From: Chara braunii
Lineage: Eukaryota > Plantae > Charophyceae
Direction of reading: 5' to 3'
DNA length: 64,000 bases
NCBI GenBank assembly: GCA_003427395.1
Contig: BFEA01000024.1
Span: forward strand, 919,277 to 983,276
Shown here in pieces: positions 37,792 to 47,869 of the stretch. The position numbers and the translations under genes are program-made. The stretch's first letter is position 1; every line of letters begins with the position of its first letter. Under the pieces are notes generated by a model, which worked only from the letters and a program-made list of their open reading frames with translations, did not search any database and was not told the origin of the DNA.

Positions 37792-40700
37792 CGATACAAG
37801 ATTGTTGTGCGGTCCAAGGAAGAAGGTGGCGGCCATAGCCACCGAGCTCGGACACATACGTAGAAGAAGGAAAACGAGTGAAGGAGAGAGAGAAGCCATA
37901 GCCGAGGAAGAGGAAGGAGGGACGAGGAAGGACAAGGAAGCCATAGCCGGGGTGAAGGAGGAAAGAAGGAAGGAGGGAAAAGAAGAGAAGTGAAGGTCGA
38001 TGGGAGAGAAAGGGTCGGTAGCCATAGCCGAGCTGAGTGTTGACCGAGGCGTTGACCAAGGGGTTGACCAGGCAGTTGACCGAGGTTGACCGGCGTTGAC
38101 CAAGCGTTGACCAAGGTGTGTGACCAAGGTGTTGACTGGAACTGTCGACCATGAAATTGACCAAGCTGGAGTTGGTATATTCTCGCCAAGCCTTCAGCCT
38201 CGCCCTATGGATGTGCACTCACCCCATGGTACGTGCTGAGTCTGTCTATCTCTTCTTTCTGCATTGAGTCTCTTTTGTCCAGGTGTTAGGAACTCCGTGT
38301 ACGAGGTCATAGAGCTGCGTTGACCAAACCCACACGGGTTGAGTAGGGCTAAAGACCGTGTCTGATGACTGACTGACCCGGAGGACAAACCCTCCTAAGG
38401 ACCGGTACAGATCGGCGGGCTGCTCAGTGTGGCATGGTAGGCCCAAAATCTGAGTTGTGGGCTGCACAACCAGCTATCTAAGTGTTGAGAGGACTTGCTG
38501 ATCGCGTCGCCCTGTTTGCGACGTTAAACAATTCCTGAGGAGTTATGGGGGATCTCCTTAAATGCCTCCTGATCAGCGTTGAAGTCCTGTAGTGACAGCT
38601 TAGTAATAGGTCTAGGCTAGAGACCCTAGTTGACAGGGTCCTGAACCGGAGTGAAAGCCAGGTGGGATTGACCTCAGGTGCAGGGAATCCGGGTCTGGAT
38701 TGTAAAGGATAATGGTGGCAAAAGCTTCCATCGGCCGTGTTTACCTGGCTGGATCGAAGAGTAAGGCTCCGTGGTCCTTAGATAGTCAGCCAGTCAGTCA
38801 AGTGGGTAGGTCTAAGTGGTGAGGAGTGGGACAGCTTTGTCGTGCACCTGACACCATGGACGACTACCCTATGTACGGCTTGCTCATGGGGTTCTCCCTC
38901 TGGGGACCCTCTGGCGTCTCCTCTTTCCTTTGGGGTTGTGGAGTGGTGAGGGGACCACTCCCTATACCAAGGAACAGGAGGAGGAGGCTGCGAAGATCTT
39001 GGTCGAGCAAAAGGCCAAGAAAGAGAAGAGGGAGGTAGTGAAGCAGGCCAAGAAGTTGGCCTTGTTGGAGGAGCAAGCCGCAAAGAAGAAGAAGCTAGAG
39101 GAAGAGTTGGAAAGATTGAAGAAGGAGGAGGAAGAGAAATTAAAGGCAATAGAAGAAAAGGAAGAAGAGGAAAAGGTGGAAGAAGAAGTCCCCTTGATAA
39201 GAAGGGCTACAAGAGAGAGAGGGGAATCCAGTGGCACGCAGAAGGAGGACCCATGGCTAGAAAAGAAAGTATTTGAGTGGGTCGCGAATTTATCCCTGGG
39301 AGAGGAAGAGGAGGTGATGTTGTATGTCCCCAGGGCGGAACAGGAAGAAGTGGTAAAGGAGTTGGAAAGCAGAGGAAGACCCCTTAAAACGCCAGACCAC
39401 AGAATAGGAGAAGTTAGAATGGAAGTTGCGCCTGACCAGGGAGAAGAAGAAGCGGATGGAGGAGGCCAGCAAGGTGGCGAAAGAATTGGAGGCAGTGAAG
39501 GAACAAAGAACACAAATGGAGGCGCACGCAGATGTTCTGGGGAAGATGGAAGTGATGGCGCAGAACATAGAACTTCTGGCGAGGGCTCAGGAGGAGCAAT
39601 ATCAATTTGCCAGGAGCCAGGATGTAACCTTGCGGTCCATCAGATTGGGGTTTAGAGAATTCGCACGAGAAATGATGATGCACGTGGGTACCGAAGTCAA
39701 AGCAAGGATGGAGAGCACAAAGCAGTTTTGTACGGGCGCTATAGAGGGTGCCAAGTTGGCAGCTCCAAGGGAAGAGGAGGTGCGTCCTCATAGAGATCCA
39801 GTCAAAGTCAAGTTCCCTGATTCCTATAGTGGGAAGAAGGGAGAAAACTTTGACAACTGGGAGGCGAACATTAACTCTTATGTTCACCTCCAGAAGATCT
39901 TGCCTGAGGAGCAAGTCTTAATTGCTTTCCATGCCCTCAAGGACGAAGCAGCAAGCTTCGCCAGATCACTCGCTCGCGCAGCCAAGTGCGAAAATGACAT
40001 GGTGGCTTACTCCATGATCACACCCCTGAGTGAATTCTTTAAGTTATTGCGTGAGAGATTTGCTGATGCCACTCGAGGGATTAGGGCCTCCGACAAGCTT
40101 TTGACCGTCCACTCACGCCAATGGAAGAGTGTCAGGGCACTCAAAGGAGTAACGGATGAATTGGTAGTTGTTTCTGGCCATGGGGTCACTGAGACCCAAC
40201 TGGTCAACCTATTCTATTGTGCCATGCCCGAGCCGTTGCGCGGGCACTAAAAAGAGCAAGGAGCCCACTATGACCTACACTACTTTGAGCAGAGTAGTGG
40301 CTTTCTAGGCCCAGTCCATGCCAGTTACCACCTTCTGGCACAAGGATCTTGACAAGGGCCAAAAAAAATGGAAGGGTCATACCATCTCTGGCCAAGTAAA
40401 GGCCAAGGATCACTTGATCCTGACTTTAGATGAAGGTGGTATGGAAAAGGTCCCATACGATCAAATAGAATGGGCCCTAGAGGGGGAGGGCAGTAGCGAT
40501 AGTCAGGGGAGGACTTACGTTGTTGTCGCGACTGGAGGGAAGCCGCAAGGGAGAGGAGGAGGCCGGGGCCAAAGGGGCCAGGCTTCCGGTGGTCGAGGAC
40601 AGAGTGATCAGGGGGTTGGTGGCAGAGAAAACCGCCCATGAAACCGCCCTCGTTTCACTCGGTCACCTCCTAGAAGGGGTTGATGGCACCCTGGTTTGCC

Positions 40701-42990
40701 GCAAGGCAAGCCCTGGGAAGATCTGGGCCTAGAGCAGACAGTATGGCAGCAAAGGATAAATCAGGATCCGTGTATTTATTGTGGTGATCCGGGGCATATT
40801 ATTAAATACTGCCCTAAGTATAGAGAGGCCCGGTTTGTTGCACAGGCAGTAAAAAGCAACCACCGGTAGGAGTTGCAACTGCTCTTACCCCTAGACCATG
40901 TGGAGAATAGTGCGCGCACCACAGAGAAACTCCCAACCCACATGTGTCTATGGCAGACGTTGTTGGCCAGTGCCTAGATAGTTGTCCAGAGACTGCTTGT
41001 GTTAGGGTCTCTCTAGGCACTTCCCTCACAGGTCTGGCAGAGGAGTTGAAGGAGAGGAAGCCGCTCTGGTCCAAAATGAAGAAGGATGGTAAAGGACAAC
41101 TAGTTCTAGTAGATGTAGAGGTTTTTAGAGGACGAGTAGCGGCCTTAATAGATAGTGGGGCCACTCGTAGTTACATTAGCAGGAAAGCGTTGCAGAAATT
41201 AAAGCTAAATTTGAAAGTCCAAAAGCTAAAAGACCCAGTAGTCAATATCCTCGCAGACAATCGCCCGATGCGAGTTGAGGATTACGTCGAGGGAGTCCAT
41301 GCGTACTTTCGCCTAGAGAAGGATGGGAAAGTAGAAAAAGTTCTCCATTCCCTGACTCTCCTCGTAGAAGATAGCTTTCCATTCGACATGGTTCTAGGAT
41401 TGGACTGGGGAGAGGCAGCAGGGGCCACACTCCACTTGAGAGAGCATGAGTGTAGGCTCCCTAGTCCATCAGGCAAAGTCAAGACTACTCGCCTGTTCCA
41501 TGTGTCAAGAGTAGACAACTCCTTAGCACATTGTTGTCTCAGTGCTCCCGCATTTGCGCGATTGGTGAAGAAGGGGCAACTAGAAGAACAAGTTTTTGTA
41601 GCCTATTTTAGGCCTGTCATTGAGCCTACAGAAGAGAAATCCATTGAGCCAGCTATTGCCAAGTTGTTGGAAGAGTATACAGATTTAGCTAAGCCGCCTA
41701 CAGGACTAGTGCAGCGGCCCATCCAACATCGTATTGAGATAGAGCCTGGCAATATAGGTCCTAAGGGAGCTATCTACAGAATGTCCCAAAGGGAGCTAGA
41801 GGAGTTGCGCAAGCAGTTAGATGAGCTCCTCGAGAAGGGTTGGAGTAGGCCCAGTTCGTCTCCGTTTGGAGCACCTATTCTTTTTGTCCCCAAGAAGGAG
41901 GGAGAACTTAGAATGTGCATAGACTATAGGGGTCTCAATGCTGTCACAATGAAGAATGCAGAACCACTGCCCCGTATAGATGATCTGCTAGATCGGGTGC
42001 AGGGTTGCAAGTACTTTTCTAAGATAGATCTAAAGTCTGGCTATCATCAGATAGAAGTCCACCCTGATATCTAAGATAGATCTAAAGTCTGGCTATCATC
42101 AGATAGAAGTCCACCCTGATAATTAGTATAAGACGACATTTAGGACTAGATATGGGCACTATGAGTTTATCGTGATGCCCTTTGGGCTAACTAATGCGCC
42201 AACTACATTCCAGCGTTGTATGAACGACCTGTTTAAGCCATGGTTAGATAGGTTCGTAGTAGTATACCTGGATGATATTCTAGTGTTTAGTAAGACCCTC
42301 CAGGAGCATGAGGGCCATTTGAGGCAGGTCTTGGAGAAGCTAAGAGAAATTAACTTCAAGATCAACGCGAAGAAGTGTGAGTGGGCCAAGACACAAGTCT
42401 TGTACTTGGGCCGCGTCTTAGATGGAAATGACATAAAGCCTGAGGATAGTAAGATCGCAGCGATTCGAGATTGGCCAACGCCCCGCACATTGACATAGTT
42501 GCGGTCGGTTTTAGGCTTCGCAAACTACTATAGGAAGTTCGTAAGGAACTTCTCTACCATCGCTGCACCCCTTCGCAGGTTGCTCAAGAAAGAAGCAATC
42601 TGGGAGTGAGATAGAGATTGTACCTTGGCCCTGAAGAAGCTAAAGCGGGCCTTGATAGAGTACCTAGTCCTCAAGGTAGTCGATCCATCATTGCCTTTTC
42701 TTGTCACCACTGACGCAAGTCAGTATGGTATAGGTGTTGTTCTACAGCAAGATGATGGCAATGAGTATAGACTTGTAGAGTTCATGTCTGCTAGGATGCC
42801 TTCAGAGAAGGTAGCGACATCTACCTACGAGAGGGAACTCTACGCTCTCAGGCAAGCATTAGATCACTGGAAGCACTACTTGCTTGGGAGGCACTTCAAA
42901 GTCTATTCAGACCACGAGACGTTGAGGTGGTTGAAGACGCAGGCCAAGATAACACCTGAGCTTACTAGGTGGGCTGCAGAGATAGACCAA
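37170..42990 (+). mobile_element. Ty3/gypsy element: LTR/leader, gag, protease, RT, RNase H; cut off by a LINE 3' end
   Basis: gag coiled coil and KFPDSYSG (38930-40640), Zn knuckle near 40770, [80 protein letters not shown] 52-bp tandem duplication (42018-42121) breaks RT. Confidence 0.92.
38040..38162 (+). promoter_or_regulatory. Array of nine TTGACY (W-box consensus) motifs in the gypsy LTR/leader
   Basis: TTGACC at 38040, 38052, 38064, 38076, 38086, 38096, 38107 and 38157; TTGACT at 38132. Function is inferred. Confidence 0.55.
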
Positions 42991-43560
42991 TTTTTTTTAA
43001 AAACCAAACAGAACCTTATGGTTTTGGCTCGTTTTCCATTTTGGGGAGCATAAGTCCGGTTCATATTCCCCCGGCAAGCCCAAGATAGTACAATGCTTAC
43101 TCACTCACGCTCCTCCCCCTTATGGCGTGGAGGCCCAAAAGACGACATTGATTACTTCCTTGAATGAGGATGTACCAATCTTCACCCCTGCTTAAGTTAG
43201 CCTATTCTAGGCTGTTATTTTCCTTGGAAGCTATGAGTGTCTGCTACTTGACTGTGCTGGACAGTTCCGATCTCGTTTCTGTGTGTTCCTCACTGTCGAT
43301 TGGACGTATGACGTGTCTGTGTTTTCCCGGGACTGGGGGTGTGACGGACCCTTTTGCTCTAATTTCGGAATCCTTTGGAGCAGTTTTCCTTGAAAGTAAA
43401 GTCTGAGGGTAGAATCCTAAGCCCTCAGTAACAGGTGGCATGTTGACCAAGGTGAAGTGACTTTAGGGAGTAACGTCTGAAAGCTATCTTGAAAGAAGCG
43501 TTTGAAGCTAAAACCCTAAACCCTAAAGATTTGGGAGGCAGGAGGTGCGTTGACCAAGCT
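42991..43560 (-). mobile_element. Short LINE 3' UTR fragment with poly(A)
   Basis: A T run interrupts gypsy RNase H at EIDQ; the adjoining sequence is homologous to the LINE 3' UTR at 30725. Confidence 0.65.
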
Positions 43561-43574
43561 GTTATTTGTCTGTT

Positions 43575-45424
43575 CTTTTTTTTTTTCTTTTTTTTTTTTC
43601 CCAAATAGCATGCTTCATTTTCTATAGATCAAAAGGAGGCCGGGAATCCCTCCACATCTCAACCCGGAAGACCAGGACCATTACCCAACTTAGGCTCTTA
43701 CTGGATCCAAGTCCAGTGTTCCCTTTCTCCTGTCTATCTTCATGTCATTCTTGAACAAAGCCCAAACTGGATGAACTAAAAACAAAAAGCAATAAAGGAA
43801 AGAACTCTCCAACCTACCCTCAGGTTGCGCGTGGGCGCCACACTAAACCCTGTTGTCTGCCTATCCTTCCCAGCAAACCTGCCCCTTCCCCTCCCCTACT
43901 CTTTCTGCGTTAACCCTTTAGCCCACCTCCGTTCCCCTTCTTCTATCTAAACTTTAGTGCTACCCTTACGAGCCTAACCCTCTAGTCTTGCCCCCGTTGA
44001 TCCTTATTCCCGAACCAATGGAAAGCTAATCTGTATCCTTCAATTGTTGCTATCTTTCCTTTTACCAACGTTATCTGGTGAAAAGTCTTAAATATCTCCC
44101 AGGCTTTCACCGGGCTTAGTTGAGTTTGTCGTCTTGTTCTTTGCCATTGGGCCGTGATATCCGTCTCCAGAAGGTTGTGCAAAACTTGCTTGGCCTCCAG
44201 CCTATGCATTTGTCCCTTTCCTATCGTCAGAAGACATCTCCTCTTCCATCTGGTCCACAGTTCATATTGTCTCAGTAATTGGAACCCCCTTCTCTGTCCC
44301 GGTTGCCATGTCTTCGGAAGCTCCATGCCAGTGAGGAGGATCCTCCTGTCCTCTGGAAAGGACTCGTCTGAGATCTTTCCCCACAGTTCCCTGGCTGCTT
44401 CCCACACATATGCCGCCTTTGGGCATTGCAGCAGACAATGAATCAGGGATTCCATCGTTTCAGCCGTGCAAAGGTGGCACTTGTGATTGACCTGATCCCT
44501 CTGGTTGTGACTGCGGCGCTCATACAGCCAGGCATTGACTGGGAGCGCACATGGAAAATCAGCCATTGTAAGCTTTTGACCCTACCTAACCTTATGCTAT
44601 TCAACGCTGGCCACGACAAACTAGCGACCTGCGTCCTGGGCACTTCCAACCTCCTTTCCCATCGGATAGCCAGTGGTTCCGCCAGTGGGTGAGACCTCCT
44701 TCTAAGCTTGTACCCCAATTTGGTTGTGTAGTGCAGTATGCTTATTCTTCTGGTCACTCCCAGTACTCCTCCCCTGATGTTCCATGCCCATTCTGCCGGG
44801 TCCACTTTCAAATCCTGCAGAGCCGTAGCCGGAGCATAAATCGTGTAGTTGTCCATCTCCACCACTCTGACCTTCCGCGCTGCGCTTTTTAAGATTGTAA
44901 TCGGGGTGGTAGATGCCTTATCTATTTGACTGGTGGTGGTCCCTGTTTCCTCTATTGAGAACATATCAGCCAATAACCATGCATCCGTCGGGCCTGTCTT
45001 GCCCCTTATCCTGAAGGCCTTTTCCGGCTTGTCCTCGTGTATCCAAGTGGCCCAATCCTCCTTCTCCCATTGCGGTCCCTTCTCTAGCAGCTTTACCCAC
45101 TCTGATGGGATGGAGATGAGAACATCGTTCAGATTTTCTAGCAACCTGTGGGTACCCTTCATATCGTACCGAAGGTCTCATGTTGTCTTCCACCGCTGTT
45201 TTTCGTCTGACCATAAATGTCTGACCTGCCAGACTCCATGTTCCACCCATGTTCCCCATTTCGAGTCCCGTGCTATTAAGATACGCAGCTTCCCCTGCTG
45301 ATCCTTGATCGAAGGGTTGCAGAATAGTGGTTGACGGAGGACCTACCGTTGTCTGTTCTAGTGGTGTCGTTTCGGACTTTTGGGCCTGTCTGAACAGACC
45401 TGCGTCTGTTCTGACCAGGACCAC
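43575..45424 (-). mobile_element. LINE 3' fragment (late ORF2 + zf-RVT + 3' UTR + poly(A))
   Basis: SLQWL..ALPVNAWL, CHLC..ESLIHCLLQCP, VDPAEWAW; T run at 43575-43599. Confidence 0.85.
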
Positions 45425-45931
45425 GTTTGGGCCATTCTAGGCCATGTTCGGAGTCCTTCAGCAGGAGCGCGTGGATGTCTGATAGGGACCCAGGCAGGCC
45501 ATTATGGGCCAGGGCCACTAGGAGCAGGACGTTGGCCTGCACTTAGGACCGTCGATCGGATCCTGGATCCGACGCTCCTAAGCGCAGACCGTAGGCCGCC
45601 CAGCCAGGCACAGTGCTATATCTAGCTGGGTCATTCAGGAGTTCTACTCCTTAAGCGTTATGCTGCTGGAGCAGCAGACGACATTCAGCGCTGCTTGGCG
45701 TTAGACGTAGAGGCGGTGGAGATAGTCGGAGAGAGAAGTGGAGTTGGAGGCCATATCTGCGAGGTGTAGAGGGCTTACCTGGGCGCCATAGCTGGTTCCT
45801 TCGCCGGCGACCTACAACACAGAGAGGCAAGCGGCAGCGGTTTCCTGCAGGTGAGACAGAGAGAGGTCAACGTCTTCCTCTTCTTCCTCTGTCTCCACTC
45901 TCCATATCCAGCTTTCTCCTTCTTCTTCTTC

Positions 45932-46005
<74 letters not shown>

Positions 46006-46011
46006 GAGACA

Positions 46012-46050
<39 letters not shown>

Positions 46051-46112
46051 GTTACAGGCAGAGATTATTCGGGTTATGGGGCCCAGGATCTGATTCGACA
46101 TTGCAGGGGCAG

Positions 46113-46480
46113 TGTCGCATGCCTAATCGGCATCGATTAGAACCGAGAACCTATCTCTCAGAGACAATAAAAAAATAACACATTGGGAGACTGAAATACC
46201 AGGATCTGACTCAGCAAGGACAATGACAGGACCTGACAACACTCATCCTCACTCTGTGTGAGTGGACTCAGTGCTGCAATCATGGAAGGGGCGCTGAGTC
46301 CGAATCATCCACGGATGAAGGAGGGAGGAGAGACGAAGGGAAGAGGGAGATAGGGAGGATCAGCCACCAGAGGCCGATGAACCCAGTCTCCAATGTATCC
46401 TCAATGCCGCTGCTCATACAATGTCAAGTCGCAACGTCACTGAATCGGGCAATGCCCGAATGTCACCAAGTCTTAATATC

Positions 46481-46538
<58 letters not shown>

Positions 46539-47835
46539 CCTCAACAGTCAAAGGGGAAGAAGAAGAAGAAGAAGAGCTCCGACAGGGAAAGGAGGAGGGG
46601 CGATGGAGGACAGGAAAGAGAAAGGAAGAAGATGAAGAAAGTAATCCTCTCTTTCTCTTTGATGTATCAAGGTACTGACCTGCGGAAAGGTGGATCCTTG
46701 ATGCAGGTATGGACGTACTGAAGACAAAGCTGGAGCTATGGCGCCACAGGTAAGTCACCAGGTAAGTCCCCTGGCCTCTGCCAGCCTCAACTCCCTGGTC
46801 CCCCCTGCAGTGTGCTGCAGCCCGAGCTCGACTACTCTAACACGGCGCCCATCGCTGGAAGACTACTCCCTACATCAGTGCTACTGCGGCCAGCGCGTCG
46901 ACTACGGAAGACTACTGATGCTACCTCAGAACTACCTCTGAGAACTACCTGCCTAGAATGAGGCTGGCCCAGCTACATATAACACTGGGCCTAGTGTCCT
47001 AGTCCAAGAGTAAATAGTCTGGGGAAAGGAAAACTGGTCTGGCGCCAAGAGCAGGAATCTGTTCAGGCACCAAAAGTAGGAACCTGGCGAAAATACGAAA
47101 TGGTCTGGCTCCCAAAAGCAGGAGTCTGGCAAAAGATGCCAAAAGTAGGAACCTGGAGAAAAGATGACAAAACGAAATAGTGGCCTACTGGATCCTACGG
47201 GGCCAAACATGGCCAAAATGACACAGACCCAAACCCTATGAAAACCCCTAACCCTATTGTCAGGCCCTGCGGGGCCTGTATGGAACTGAGTATGCCACAC
47301 CCCTCTTCCTTGAAAGACCGAGCCTACCTGCGAGGGCGAAGCTGTCTAGCAGAGGGAGGGAACAAAGTCCCGGTGGGAAGGGAAGGTCGTGAAGCCTCTT
47401 TTGCTAATCGTCGCTTCTCGTAGTCGGCATAGATAAGTGTGGCTGAGGCTTGCAAGTCTGTTCGTGAGATCCATCATGTGCCGTCGCGGTCGCATTGCTT
47501 GAAGGTGATCTTGTATTGCATTGGCTTATTGCAGTATTTGCCGTGCGTGACGATGCGATTGATCTCCTGGTGACCATCCATGAAAGGAGGGTCTTGCGAT
47601 CGCCGGCCCGGGAAGTTGTCGCTCTTGGCTGGTGTGTACGTAGGCAGTTTGGAGGCATGGAGGACCGGGTGAACCATTAGATGCGGCAGGATCTCAATCA
47701 CGAACAATGGGCCATCGGACTCGTTGCCCGCGGCTGATGTGACGGTCCATGGTTCAAACCACTTCGGAAGAAGCATGTGCAAGACGTCTTGTTCAAGTGC
47801 GAACTCCTCGGAGGAAACCCATACAAGTTCGTCGT
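46113..47835 (-). mobile_element. Gypsy 3' end: integrase tail/chromodomain remnant, PPT and 3' LTR
   Basis: PKWFEPW..HPVLHASKL..QEINRIVTH..QYKITFK (47782-47474); PPT AAGGAAGAGGGG (47311-47300); LTR 47299-46113 with termini TGTGGCAT/ATGCGACA (7 of 8 inverted match). Confidence 0.78.
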
Positions 47836-47869
47836 TTAAGATGCGGTATGGGCGGACGCTTAGCTTGCG

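Noticed and set aside
38040-38162. CRISPR-like repeat-spacer array
   Set aside because: 6-bp cores with 4-6-bp spacers, in a eukaryotic context with no cas genes.
37121-38218. Long ORFs with SLSLSL/RERERE runs (also at 5759-6496, 9100-9471, 45775-46758) and ORFs spanning N gaps
   Set aside because: Artefacts of stop-free microsatellites or gaps.
38503-38578. Calling the structured leader a pistol or hammerhead ribozyme
   Set aside because: Only the first hairpin and linker resemble pistol; the pseudoknot and GCG/GU core are not evident. CUGAGGA lacks a downstream GAAA. Kept as an unknown structure.
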